This document shows, piece by piece, positions 1-13,148 of a stretch of 64,000 bases of DNA. The notes beneath the pieces were generated by a model. The model searched no databases and had not been told where the DNA came from. It saw only the letters and a list, made by a program, of their open reading frames with translations. The position numbers and the translations under genes are program-made. Origin of the DNA: Lama glama (taxonomy: Eukaryota); the NCBI GenBank assembly GCA_028534125.1, contig CM052817.1, positions 65,784,001 to 65,848,000 of the forward strand, read 5' to 3'. Positions within the stretch are counted from its first letter, which is position 1; every line of letters starts with the position of its first letter.

Positions 1-424
1 TTATAAACACATTAAGTGCTGTGGTTTGGAGGTTGGTTCACAAGTATGAATGTGGGTGACTTTCCCATCACTACCACCACACTGGGTTTCTAAGGCTCTG
101 TGAGCCTTTGCTTTAGTTCAAGATTGTCATAGGAGGATGTCCCAGTGGTGTTCTTATGGGATTAGTCAGGGAGATAGAATGAAGGCTTGGGATTCTAATG
201 GCCTTGATCTCTGTTGGATGTAACTGTTCAAGGTGTTGGTTGTTGACAAAGCTAAGTGTGGACGAAAGGGGAAGGTAATTTGAACTGGACTGTTGCATTT
301 GTCGGATTAGCTCAGATGACAGTTGAAGTCTGCAGAGAATGATTCAGCTCACACACAGCTCCTAGGTGCTCATTTCTGCCCAGATGACCCCTCCAGTGAC
401 GCTCTATGCTATTGTCATTCTAAG

Positions 425-540
425 CATGCAGCTTTGGTATCACCTGGGGGGTTAGTGGAAATGCAGAATTTCCAGCTCCAGATCTACCAAATCAGAGTCT
501 ACATTTTAACCACATTCCCCAGGGCATCTTTATGTTAGAG
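425..540 (+). mobile_element. MER5-like hAT-Charlie MITE fragment
   Basis: atcacctgggggg-ttagtggaaatgcagaatt...aaatcagagtctacattttaaccacattccccagg resembles the recalled MER5A core. Confidence 0.6.
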
Positions 541-1289
541 TTAGAAGTAGTCCAATATGTTATCTCTATACTAGGCTTAAGACAGAAGAAATCTTCGTGA
601 AGCTTTCTTTGGTCTCATCTGCCTGAGCTTCCTCACAATCTCTCATTCTAACTGCCTCCCTGGGAATCTGCCTGGTAAACAGAACCCAGGGCTCCCCTCC
701 CTGGGAACTATCAACTCCTCTATGCTCGTCACCTACCTGCCTCTCTCCTCTCCCCGGGCCCCAGGGAATTTTTTTTCCCTAGCCTTAGTGGACCTACTCT
801 TTTCCATTGTTTGTCCCAGTTTTTTTTATGTATCTTCACTTAGGTCTATTAGGGCTTAAGTGCTTTTGGAACAAAAAAGCCCAAAAGACTAGGAATCCAA
901 TTTCCAGATCCACCCTGCCCTCAGCCCTGAGCTGAGGCCACTAAATAGAACCAACTCTCTGTTGAAATGAAGTCAAAATAAGGGAATAAAGAGAGGTGAG
1001 GCTGGGAGCATGGAGAGAACTGATTAATTTATCAGAAAAGTAAGCTGCCACACTTACACATGATGCGTTCTAACGAAATATTCTCATGGTGTGTTTCTGT
1101 CTATGTTGTTGCTTTTCGTAGATTCCTAGAAACTAAGGCCTGATTCTCCCTTCGACCTTGGATCCACATAGATGCTGAGAAGACGTCCAGATAGTTGTGG
1201 TTGACTTAAAGCACCTCTGGCTTGAGATTATTCAGCTAGAAAATGACCCCACGTCTGTCCACTCTGAGCACGTGGGGAGGTCGTCCAGG

Positions 1290-1500
1290 CCGGCAGCTAA
1301 CAATGTGAGCACTGCCATCCGACTCTGCCATTCTCTAGCTGAGTGGCTCTGGGTGAGTCTCTTAATGTCTCTCGCCTTTTTCTTCTTGTGGACAAGCACA
1401 ATAACATTATACCAACTTCAGAGAGTGTTTATAAGATTAAACGACAAGTTGCATGTAAATGTTAATACACTACCTGGCATTTGGCACGCCTAATAAACTT
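1290..1500 (+). mobile_element. MIR SINE (degraded)
   Basis: ctctgggtgagtctcttaat...aagattaaacgacaagttgcatgtaaatg...cctggcatttggcacgcctaataaa follows the MIR core and 3' end. Confidence 0.6.
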
Positions 1501-1689
1501 GAGCTTCTCTTATAATTTCAGAATCACTATTCATGAAATGTTAACATTCACTCATCAGCTAGACAATTATGAAGGTTTCAATCTAGACTCCTAATGTTGA
1601 AAATTATTGTTTAAAAATTTTAGTTGGAAACAAGGTCAATATAATACAAATAATGTATTTACTGAGCATGAACTCTGTGCCACCTTCTC

Positions 1690-2123
1690 ATGTGGAATCC
1701 TCAAACTCTTTGGAGACAGTTCCTACTTTCATCCCTCTGTTTCACCTGATCACCAAACCTATTTCCTCTTTCCCTGGCCCGTAGCTGGAGACCGGGCAGA
1801 CAGCCTAGGTGTGGCCGTGTAACTGAGTGGAGAGGAACGTGTGAGGCAAGGATTACACAACTTCCAGGCTTGATCCACTAGAATCCACCCTGTGCCGTCC
1901 CCTGTGCTCTTTCCTCCTCCATGGCAACCCTGAAAAGTGTATGTTAACGATGGAGGAGCTACAAGAGGGAAGGTCCTGGGATCCTCACCGCCTCTTAGAG
2001 GAAAACCACCAGCAGATCAAGAAAAATCATTTTGGATTTTATATAAGTGAGAAATACCTTTCCATTATGTTTCCTTTCCAGCATGTGTTCATTACAGCAG
2101 CTAATCTCACCTTAACTAATGCA
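1690..2123 (+). mobile_element. MLT1J-like MaLR solo LTR
   Basis: Contains gtgtggccgtgtaactgag, acttccaggcttg, gatggaggagctacaagagggaag and gtgagaaatac, and ends ...cttaactaatgca (consensus end actaataca). The left boundary is approximate. Confidence 0.7.
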
Positions 2124-2779
2124 TTCAGTCTATCTAAAGCCACATGGCTCATAATGAGGGACTGGAATTCTAGATCAGTTAAACCCCAAAGTCTGTGCTC
2201 TCATTCATCACACTATTCTGGCATCAAGTTTCACCTGAAAGCCAAAAAGTGGTCTATTTTAGCCACCTACCAAATTACGCCAAATAGTAAACACTAGAAG
2301 GGGACAAATCTGAAATCTAGAAACATCTCAACTGGGTTGTTTTCAGAAGCCAGTGCATGAATCAGCTGGTTTGTGAGCCCTGGGAATCTCCTAGCTGTCA
2401 TCAGATGGTCTCAGGCAATGTCACTTTATTAGGAAGACAAGTTTGCCTCAAGAACCCATCATTGATTTTTTGAAATCTGTTGTTAGTTTTACTTCTCTCT
2501 CTGTAGGGTATTGAACCAGTGCCTTGTATGTTTGGAGTCTCTAATGAGGTTGGTAATGGTCTTATAAACTCTCCATGGAACTCACACCTCTAATTGAGAA
2601 TCAGACATGAGATTGGCCAGAGCCCAGGGAATATTTTCAAAGTGTGGGCTTATGGTGGCAACTGTTTGCTTAGAAGCCTCGGGAACTTCTCCCTCCCGGA
2701 GCCTTAAAGGACTAATGCAGGCATCACTCCACTTGTTGGAACAGAAGCTCTGTAGTGAATCAGAAAACAACACCTGTAA

Positions 2780-2990
2780 CAACAACAGTAAACACCTGCC
2801 TGGCACATGCACATAACAAGTGCTTTCAAGGGTACATCTCAGCATCGGTAGGCATTGGGACAATCTCCATTTTACTGATGAGGTTCTTGAGAATCAGTGA
2901 AGCTAAGTGACTTGCCAAGAGCATAATAAAATAGGGTATGAACATCGGCCTTCTAACTCCAAATCCATCACAAAGCTCTTCCACTCCCTG
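2780..2990 (-). mobile_element. MIR SINE
   Basis: ctccattttactgatgagg...ctaagtgacttgccaag...cttctaactccaaatcc is the reverse MIR core. Confidence 0.75.
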
Positions 2991-3044
2991 TACCTAAATT
3001 CTCAGAGAGCCTAGTAAGCTCACTGCAATAAAAATCAATGGGGC

Positions 3045-3164
3045 CATGATGGAAAAGAATATGAAAAGGAATATATTTATATGGACAACCGAATCACTAT
3101 GCTATACACCAGAAATTAACACAACATTGTAAATCAATTGTACTTTAATAGAAGAAAAAGAAAA
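3045..3164 (+). mobile_element. Young 5'-truncated L1 3' end (camelid-like), with possible 3' transduction to 3210
   Basis: gaaaagaatatgaaaaggaatat...gaatcactatgctatacaccagaaattaacacaacattgtaaatcaattgtacttt plus an A-rich tail. Closely similar to the copy at 43546. Confidence 0.85.
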
Positions 3165-4099
3165 GCACATATTAGAATCCCTCACACATAATAAATGTTC
3201 AACTAAAAACAAATCAGTGGAGCTGATTCTCATATTCTTTCAGATGATGGAAGCTCACCTACAGACAAAACGATATGGCTGATGAGTGAGGGTCTGTTCA
3301 GGCATCATCCCTGCCCTCCTCCCTGTCCACACAGGCCCCTGCCTCCACCAGACTCGTGGCCCTTCAGATATGCCAGATTTGTCTTAACAATTCTGTGCCT
3401 TATGCAGCAGACAGTATGGCTTGTGTAATTAATTTTTCTAGCTCCAAAGTCTGGAAGCAGAACTCTCACAGGTGGGGTCTGAGCTTCTCCCTTCTACGCA
3501 GAGCTTGGCCTGACTAAAGTCAAGTGAAAGAACCCTAGCAGAAGACACGATGCTTCTCTGCTTGCAACCCTCTCCCAAGGCAAAGCCTAAGAATATTTAC
3601 ACATGCAAAGGGGAGCATCGGATTTGTTGTGTTCAGAAGGCTCATTACCACCACTCCTCAGTGCAGTGAGCTGCAAATCTGTGTTCCCACCTTACCACAA
3701 TATATGGTTCAAAAAAATCTAAAGATGGGCTAAAAATACCCAAGCCAGATTCCGCACTTCTGTGAGAAGGCTGAGCACACCGGTGACATTCATGGTAAAG
3801 ACAGCACCAACATTATACACAACAAGTCGTGTCCTGATGAGTTAATTGCCCCAACTGAACGTAAGTGCAGTGGAGGAAAAGCGAATGTCAATGCCTGAGA
3901 CGTTCCTTTTTCACACAGGAAAGGAAACCCCACATGGAGATTTAAGATCTTATGAAAACTTGTGCAAAGATAACTTTAAAGGAGAAAAAGAACTGCTCAG
4001 ATTTGTAGATGAGGCGATCTCATGAATAAAATATCATACTTCATCAGTTTTAAAAGAAAAAATAAGACTATTTAGCACAGTTCTGTGTCCTTCCCACTC

Positions 4100-4355
4100 A
4101 GCATGGATCAGTGGAAAGAGTAGGTGCTTAGAAACAAAGACCTGAAGTCTAAGTTCCTTTGTTCCCCTCTAACTGGTTATGTGGTGATGACCAAGTTTAT
4201 GAACTGCTCTGTCTCCACTTTCATATATTATACATATATATAAACATTGGGGATAATGCCTATTTCTCCCAGGATTTTTTAAAAATTAAGTACAATTGCA
4301 CAATACACAGTGCCTGGAGTAGCATCCAATACATAATTGATGTTCAGTAAATATC
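4100..4355 (+). mobile_element. MIR SINE
   Basis: Head gcatggatcagtggaaagag, core ttggggataatgcctatttctcccaggatt, tail cagtgcctgg...gttcagtaaatatc. Confidence 0.7.
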
Positions 4356-7059
4356 AATTCCCCCTTCACTCTGCACTGCAAGGAGTAGAATGAAGAATGC
4401 TCTACATTTTCTTTCTGATAAGTCATCGTATTCATTCTGCAGGTTAACACTCAAGTCTCCATCCCCAGTTCTTCCCCACCACAGAAGAAAAGAATATATG
4501 TGAAAAATCTTGTGAGGAATCTACAAGTGTTACTAGGGTAGAAGAAGACCTTTTGAGTTCTCCAGCTGGGAAAAGCAAAACTGATTCACCTGGTAGTGCT
4601 AAGGTAAAACAAAAAATAGTAAGTAGCTTAATCACCATAAAATGTGCTACTTCAGCAGAACTTAATAGTGACTAACAAAATATTAATACTAATAAAACAT
4701 TTCCATTTTCTAGGTATATTTTAAAAACCCCTTCTCTGAATACAACATTTCATGAGTCCAATAAAATTTGGAATGTTTACATATTGGATTGTTGTTGGTC
4801 TATTAAAATCATATGCAAAGAATTTAACATCTTTTTTGGGGAGGTGGGAAGATATTCACTGTTTCCTGGAGGAAATAAAAGAGAATGTCATTTTTCTTTA
4901 TATCAAGAGAAGAATTTGATTATGCTTACTTGGTGTTAACTGAACAAGTACTCCTCTGGGCAGTTCTACCACGTGAGCATGTGTCCTTATGTGCAGAGGT
5001 TTACACTCACATACAGTCATCCAGGCTTCCTAGAACCATATTATAAATGACTCCCTTCTTCAGTACACTTCAGAAGGACCATGAGGCTTAGTAAATGTAA
5101 ATTTATAACCTAAATAATAGCCACGAATCCATTCATCTCTATTATTTCTAAGGAATCAAATTTAATATTAGCAAGACTGCCTTAATATAGAATCACATGA
5201 GCAACAGAGTCAGGTTTTCAAGAAGACAACCTTTGCTGAACCTCATATGCTTAAATCAATAACCGTAATGTTGTTAAGAGCTCTGTAAATCCGTATTCAT
5301 TTTCTTTCCATCACTCTCAACCTTTGGATTCATGAAGTGCAAATAAAATGCAAACGATGACAACTAAGCAAAGCAGGGAAATGTTACACAAATGTCAGGG
5401 GCAATTGAGGATTTGGGGGGAAAAAAGGGCAAACATTTACTTCAGGAAATGTGAACATCAGGAACTGGACATATCTCGAAAGGTATCACTTCTTGAAGGA
5501 TGACAAAGCAATATAAACCCCAAAAGCCACAAAATCATAATTTGTTATTATATGACATTCCTAAATCTCATGTCATTTGAGATGTTATTTCCCCAGGTGC
5601 CAAGTTCCAAGCTTTTTTGCAAACTTCTGGGCTCCACTCCACATCTCAACCTAGGCCAGGCCAGTGGAGAACTTACCCCAGTCTAGAAATGAAATTCTTT
5701 TTGCTTTAAGTGAAAAAATATGAAAAGAAAGAACGTTTGAAAAATGCTGGTGAAATGTAACTTTTCCCCACAATAATTTTCTGGCACTTATGACAAAGAT
5801 CCTCTGTTACTTACAACTTTCAGTGAATTTCATTCTTGGCTTAGTTGCAACCCAAAGAACTGACAGGAGAGGGATATTAATATATCTCTAGGGGTGAGGG
5901 AGCTGTTTTTCAAGTTGATGGAAGCATTGAGTGTTTGGAACACCTCATACTTCAGTAAAACCCAATTTTCTCTTACAGGTTTCACTCAGTAGCAAGAAGG
6001 CACTCTTATTCCAATGGTTAGATTCCAACAGCATCTCTAAAAGAGAAAAGATACTCTGCAGGGATGTTTAGGAGTTTTTGTTATTTGCAAATGTACTTTC
6101 ACCTTGTCCGGTTCCAGTGAATTCTAACCACGGAGACAAGGCGTCAGACTTCTAATGATTTGTAGAGAACTACGCTACCAAAAGTTTTACATATTCCTCA
6201 TGTCTGAGCCCTCTGGGTCTCTTGGAAGCACATGGCCAGGGATTTGCTGGCAGACTAGAATGATATTTTACAGCAAATAATTAGATGGGAGAGAAGGGGG
6301 ATTTCAGTGGGGTGCTGTGGTTTGTAAGATGGGAAATACGGACATTTTCTGGTAGGGAGACATTAAAAATTTCAAGAAGATTCATGAATTCAACAATCCA
6401 TGTTGTCAGGCCTTCAGATAGCTCCCTTCTAGTCACGAGGTCACCCCAGGCTATCGGCGGTAATGGGAGCTGGAAAAGCTGTAAAAGGTTTTTAACCTTT
6501 CTGTTGAATCTCTGAGGTACTGGGAAGAAAATCAAACACAAGGAAGGCTGTTAATAGTCATCGAGGTATCTGGGCGGTCCATTCTGAAAACTGCTATCAT
6601 CAGCTAGAACCTCTGCCAGGGGTTTTCAAATCTGAGAGATCGCTCACAAAGGCTTCCTCAATTCCTCTGTCATAGGTGAGAGCTGCTGTTTTGATTGTTT
6701 TAGCAATTGACAGAAAGTCAAACACATTTCAAATATGAGGAGAGCTTGGGAGAACTTGAATCAAGATCCTCTGTTTGGAAAGAACATTCTGGTTGTTAGT
6801 AAGGGAGTTAGGGCTCCCTGTTTAAACCCCAAGTTTAGGAAAGATGTGAAAGTAGGTCTTAGAAGCAAACGGTTCACTTTCCAAAACCTTCGGAGTTAAT
6901 TAATTACCGGCAGAAAGGTGCTACTTTCATTAAGGTTCCACTGCAGATTTTAACATGGCTGAGAGTTAATAAAATCTGAATTAATTTAGTCCCAAGGTAG
7001 GGTCTCAACTCTTCTCCAAATTGTATGTAAATTCCACTTACTCTGATTGAGGGGTAAAT

Positions 7060-7245
7060 TCAATTCATTTACTTAGCACTTAATCTATGTCAGATGCAGT
7101 TTAACCACATGATATGACCTCAGTAAATTTTCACAATAACTCCATGAAGTACATATCATTATTATTCCTGTTTTGAAGATATGAAAATTAAGGTCATGGT
7201 CAGATAGCTGTTTTGCAGTAAAGCTTGGATTCCAACCTACCAATG
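7060..7245 (-). mobile_element. MIR SINE
   Basis: ttcacaataactccatgaagta...attattcctgttttgaagatatgaaaattaagg is the reverse MIR core. Confidence 0.65.
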
Positions 7246-8570
7246 ATCTGTTAACACCTGATTTTCCTGTACATGATACTGGAGTTTATTGGACAGATCA
7301 TGTACAGCAAAAGGAAAATTTTATAAAGACCGTGAAGGTAAGATTACTGGTGGCATCTAATCCTGGGAAACAAAGACCACTGAGTCAGAGTAAGTCCAAA
7401 GCAGCTTTCCCAGGAACTTATGAATAATCATATACCAATAGTTCAACCAAAAATTGACCAAAATGCACCATCTTTCACCAGCACTAACCTTGATACACAG
7501 CACATGATGAAGTAACTGCTTCTTAACTCTTCACCCTGACCACTGAGCATCAGCAACAGAAATGTTTATAAGGGGGGATAGGTTAGCCTGTTTAACTATT
7601 CAGAGCAATAATAATTACTATTTGATTTTGCAAAAAGATTCAGGTATTCTTTGACAGAATGGAGCATTTGACATTCTGTGTTTTTTGTTTGTTGTCTTTT
7701 TTGTTTTGATTTTGATCAAGAGCAGATGTTGACAGTAGCAGATAAAATGCACATAAGTCTGTAGTTTAATCAATAGTAGGACGTGCAGCTCTGTGCATGA
7801 TGTGATTTTTCCTCTTTGGCATATCAGCATTTTGTCAGGGGAAACTCAACAGAACTTTCCTCTTCCTACAACCTATCCTAACTCCTTCCCTTCACCTCTT
7901 TTCTCTCCCCAGCACCACCAAATTGCTAGAGCGGTTGATTTGGCCGCTGGATCTAAACAATCTCAGCTCTAACCATACTAAATCAGAAATTGTTAGTAAA
8001 ATTGAGCTGTGGTACACTAGGAACATCCAGAGATTTGGCTCTCAAGGAAACCATGTTTTCTCCCTTCTGAATTCCAAGATGCCTGTAGGAGAGCACAAGA
8101 AAACCTGCAGAAGCAGAGACCTGAGGAACCCAGTAGAAATGATCATGATAATGCTTTTCTTTTTTCAAATTCCTGGGGGAAGAAAAACTCCTTGAGTTTT
8201 CTGCCTACGGAACAGAATAGTGTGGGATTCAGGCTGTTAGCTTCCTCCTTCTTGACTTCTTCAGGAACTTTGTATTTCTACTTAAGTGTGTGTTACATAA
8301 AATGGGGTTGCTTGACCTGCCTGTGATGGTTGTAGGAGTTAGCAACTTTGTGTTGCTGATTAGTGCGTGCACTCAGTTGAGGATTAGCAGAAGCTGCTAG
8401 CTTTGTTAGCACTGAGGCTGGGCTTCCACCATCACTAGGACGCACAGCAGATCTCTGCTCACATAGATGCCCTGCTCCTAGTCTCCACTCTTACTCCACT
8501 CGCTCACAACACCCCGACAGTTACTAGCCAGCTGTGAAATGAAACAGGCGCTCTGAAAATCTCTCTTTCT

Positions 8571-8610
8571 ATACACAAACACACACACATGCACACATGC
8601 ACACATACAC
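8571..8610. repeat. Imperfect (CA)n microsatellite
   Basis: atacacaaacacacacacatgcacacatgcacacatacac. Confidence 0.85.
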
Positions 8611-9699
8611 AATTTTCTGCAACAGTATCCCACTGTGGAGAGGAACAAAAGCTATCATTTCATTGAAAAGAGTCCCTTAGAGATGGGAGGGCAGGAGAGT
8701 ATAACTGCTCTTCAGTTTCTAGAGGAACCACTCTCTAATAGGTGCGATACCCCAAGTCAAGGAGGGGTCACATGTTGTTTTTGCCACAACTCACATCCTA
8801 AACCCTATGTCCTTTCTCCTTGGCCAGGATAAAGCCAAGGATAGCACTGTTCACCTCAGCTAGAAAGTCATTACATCTTCAAACCCTTGGTGTTAGGAGA
8901 GCCTTCTTCTTGCTAAAAATTGTGACAGCATGATGTCACCCAAACTGGGTCTAGTCGCTTGCTCTTCCTTTTCACAAATGTGTAGAAAACCAGAGGCCAT
9001 GCAGGAAACTTGGAATGAGGAAAGAGATATACTGTTTGCTGTGAGTTTGATGAGAGTTGAACAGTTTTTCAGCCTGTGCATGATCTGACTGCTGGCTTGG
9101 AAACCCTGTTGAGAGATTTGGCTACAGAGATTTCATCATCAAAGATCTTGTCTGGCAAACGTTTTCCTACCCCACCTTTCCTTCCATGGATCTCTTGTAT
9201 TTTATTAGTAAACTATCAACTTTGATTTCTTTTTTTTTTTTGAATCAGTTTGCCTTCTCATTTGTCACAACCAAATATTTGTATTTCAAATACTACAAAA
9301 GTAAATAAATTAATAACAAGGAGGGTTTTAGCTCATTCTAAATGAAATTTCTAGGTTTTTATAATGCAAATTTCTCTTGTGGTCCAGCACACCCGTCAGA
9401 AATGCCAATGTTCAAAACGATTCCAGCGTTTTTGTGCGTGTGTCGAAAGAAGTTCATCATATTGCATTCTCTTTGGACTTGCTGCTGACTTTCTTTTCCC
9501 CAAGGTTGAGTTAAATTCAGCTGAAGATGAGGAAATTTTAAAACCGAGCCTATTTGGAAATTGGGAGTTGCTGCCAATGAAAGCCATATGTAATCGCAAA
9601 TCCTGATTTTAATCAGTAGTTTCAACTTTTTCACTAAGTAAACCTTTGTGCCAGAATGCTCAGGAGACAATCCTCAAGTATCATTAGCATAATTGTGCA

Positions 9700-9915
9700 G
9701 CCTTAGGGACTAAGAGCAGGACAGATCTGGGCCGACGTCCAGCTCTGCCACTAACTAGCCGCGTGACCTTGAATCAGCTGCTGCATTGACATTAACCTCA
9801 GGTAGCAGCTCTCTCATTTGGCTTTTGTGAGGATTACATAAACGAAGGCATGAAGAATATATTGTTTGAATGCCTAAAACATGATGAGTACTCAGTAAGT
9901 ATTACCTAATGTTAT
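9700..9915 (+). mobile_element. MIR SINE
   Basis: ccagctctgccactaactagccgcgtgaccttg...ttgtgaggattacataa...actcagtaagtattacc. Confidence 0.7.
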
Positions 9916-9984
9916 TCTTTCCCCTGAAGCTTTCAAGGGAGCTGAATAGACATCATCTGCAAAGAAACAAAAACTAGACGGGCA

Positions 9985-10765
9985 CCAGACCGCTCATCAA
10001 AAGACTGAGAAAACAGACAGTAAGCAATACTTCCAAAGTTCTGAGATGAGATTTTTCTTAACCTAAAATTCTATATCTAGCCAAATTATAAATAAGTTAT
10101 ATCAATGTCCAACTGTCAAAAACCACCAGGAACACAACTACAGTTGAACAAGAATCGAGTTTATTGATTCTGGCTATAGGAAGGACTTCTCATGGGGAAG
10201 TATGGGCATCTTTGCAGGCAGGTGTTGGCACAGTTCTTACTATAATATTTAGGCTTGCCTTGGGTGGTTTTGGGAAGAGTGCCAGGAAGTAGGGTTTGCT
10301 TTAATTTGGGTGCTGTCAGGTGGTGTGAAAGATCCTATGATTAGTTATCTTGATAATTTTTATCTAGGAGTCAGGAGAAATGGAACAGGTAGGTCTGAAG
10401 CTTAATGGGTACAAAGCAGCAACCGCTCCTGTTGGCTAGGAGAGAGGATGCTGGGCGTTTCTATGGTTTGCTCTGTGTTCTTGCTGTTGCCTGTGCACAG
10501 ACACGATTCCCGAGTGATCCTGAGCACAGAGTGATCCTGTTTTTCATTTGCTCCATCATGGTCGTAGAGCCAGCTTGTCTGATGTTGGTGTTCAGTGAAA
10601 TTGCCCGTGTTCACAGGAAGTGTCACGGTTAGCCTGCCACCCGCTGATGGCACTTATTGCTTCTCAGTGGAAGGGAAGAATAAGGACATTTTCACACACT
10701 CCAGGACTCAGATATTTCACCTTACATGCACTTTTTCCTAAGAAATTACTTGAGAACGTGCTAAA
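9985..10765 (+). mobile_element. L1ME-type ORF1-region fragment, split by an ERVL LTR
   Basis: ttccaaagttctgag...acctaaaattctatatctagccaaattat lies left of the LTR. It resumes on the right as gggaagaataaggacattttcacac...ggactcag...aagaaattacttgagaacgtgct. Confidence 0.6.
10106..10666 (-). mobile_element. ERVL solo LTR (MER76-like; exact family uncertain)
   Basis: TG...CA termini. The reverse strand reads aatttcactgaacaccaacatcagacaag...gaccatgatggagcaa...ctgacagcacccaa...aataaactcgattcttgttcaactgtagttgtgttcctggtggt. Confidence 0.7.
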
Positions 10766-11887
10766 GCCAAAACAATGGAATGAACCCAAATGAGAAGATT
10801 TTGAATCTAAGAAATACTGGCACCTGCCCAGATCTGTCAAGAACAGGCTGCTCCTACAGAAGAAGATGCTTGTGGCTCCTGGCACCCTGCTTTCAGGGGC
10901 GCTGGGGATCTTCCTTCTTCTAAGATTGGGTCTCCACCCTTCAATCCTTTGAGACCAGATAGTCTTAAATGAGTTGGTTTTTGCTGCAGAGAACCAAAAG
11001 ATCCTAAGTAGGTCCACAGTGGAAACTGACACTTTCAGACTTACTGACAAAGAATTTAACCAAATGGAGAATAATGACATCAATAAAGGGAGGGTGCTGT
11101 TTAATACATGAAAGTGAAAGGAGGGAAAGGGTGATTTCTTTCCTCTCTCACTGTGTAACAGGACAGATGACTGCCACATGTTTTTACAAAGAACTGAACT
11201 AAGTCAGGAAGAAAAGGGGAAGGGGGAAAAGGGAATTCAATAATGCTGTTTCTCTTGGGTGAACCCAGGATTTTGTGCAATTCTCCACGTGCTAACCAGA
11301 ATTCCAGACTGAAATTGCAATGCACTGTGTAGCAATGACATTACTGTTAGACAATCATTTAAGTCCATTTTGCTCTAAGAAAAAAGAAGTAAATTATTCA
11401 CAAACCATGGTAAATTAATCACCTCAAATAATAAATCACTGATACGACTCACAATTTGTCATATCCCACCAGCGAGTTTTAACATTGAGTTTAAGAAATT
11501 TGATTTTTAATGAGTCAGGTAAATATTTTAAAATCATCTCTTAAAGCTAGTCCTATAGCAGGAAAACAAATGAGAGAAATAGTCATCTGATCTACAACTG
11601 GGGGAGGTAAGACTATGGTGACAAAATGAACAAGTTAAATAAGGACACTGGTGGTGCAGGGGGGAGGTGCAGAACGAATGAGAAAGGGGTGCATAAAGAG
11701 ATAGGAAATCTCAAATATATCACACAAGGGGAGAGAGCAGAAGATTGCAATTATAAATGAAGAGCGGCTAAACCTCTATTAAGGAAATTCAATGCAAACA
11801 GTAGAGAACAGAGGTTATTTAGCAGCTCTGTTGGGGGTATTTGAAGATGAGGAAGACAGATAACACTTTCCAAACTACTGCTATTTT

Positions 11888-11914
11888 TTAAACATTTTTT
11901 TAATTGAGTTATAT
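11888..11914 (-). mobile_element. Ultra-short L1 3'-tip insertion with a 16-bp TSD
   Basis: aaactactgctatttt (11872-11887) and aaactattgctatttt (11915-11930) flank a 27-nt insert. On the minus strand the insert reads atataactcaattaaaaaaatgtttaa. Confidence 0.7.
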
Positions 11915-13148
11915 AAACTATTGCTATTTTAAAATTATATTTCTATGATTTTGTATCATAAAAGAAACGAACAGGAAAAGGTGAACTTTAAATTAGATAT
12001 TATAAAATTTGAGAAGAAACATCATAAAATTGGAAGAATTATGTTAGTTTCTTTAAAAGATGTAATAAATAATGTTTTCCAAATAATAGAACTGATCAAA
12101 ATAAAATTGCCTCTCAAATAAAGCACAGACTTAATATAGAGTACAAAAATAAAATACGATCACTTTTACCATGGTGTACATTTTAGAAATAGTTTTAGAG
12201 ATTCATAAAGATTTGTGATCAACTCATTAAAATTTTTTTTAACTAAAGATGGATTCTGAATTTGATGAGCAGTTGACAGTCTCATAAAATGACACTTTAA
12301 GACTTTTAATTCAATTTACCTAAATTGGCTTGAAAATTGGTTGGCAGGCTACTCAATGAATGCAACAAAGTGACATTTGGGGTGCCCGATGAAGTGCCCC
12401 AGGAACCAACATGAATTCAGTCTCACTGAATGTACGAACAGAACAGAGCCCTCTCCGAGGCAACAACTGAATACAAATTACATTTTCAAAGTACCTAACA
12501 CTCTAAGGCCTCAGACTTATTATATTTAAATCAAATGGTTTTTGAGTTTTGATAACAACTTTCATCATTCAGTATTTAAAAAAAAAAAACTTCACTAGGC
12601 AGGCCTCCATCAAAAAAAGTAGTTAAATTTAACAGCTGAGATTTCCTCTGCTTGCCTTATCTGTTTCTGTTTACAGATGGAATGGAGGAAGAAGACAGAG
12701 AAGGCAGAAACTCTCCCTCCAGCTTTGAAAGGAGTCCCACTAGGAGGACAATGGGATCCCAGGTGGAGGGAGAGGAGTGAGGGATGGATGCTCAAAATAC
12801 AAGTGGACGCCAGCCTCCCAGTTTCTGCTGCACGCTGTAGGGAACTGAAAATTCACTTCCTCTGGCAAATTATGTAACCAATTATACCTGCTCCTGTTTC
12901 TGAGGCAATGGGATTTGAAGAAAGTGAACAATATGACAATATAAATCCCAAACTGCATTGAGAAATTTTTCATATTTTTAGTAAAACCACACTTAAATCA
13001 TTCAGTGCTTTGACTGCCCTGCTTACAAACACAGAAATCTTTTCCTACATGATCCTCACAGAGAATTCACAAAGTTTAGAAAATACTCTTCTTTAGAGAA
13101 AAGGAATTGCATGAATTCAGGACTTCCCCCAACATACTGATGAAATCT

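Noticed and set aside
3740..3866. Open frame ending at a GTAAGT donor (3861)
   Set aside because: No good upstream acceptor, and the peptide is unrecognised.
10664..11179. Longest ORF in the track (171 aa, minus strand)
   Set aside because: No recognisable domain. It starts at GTG and partly overlaps antisense L1ME sequence, so it is consistent with chance.
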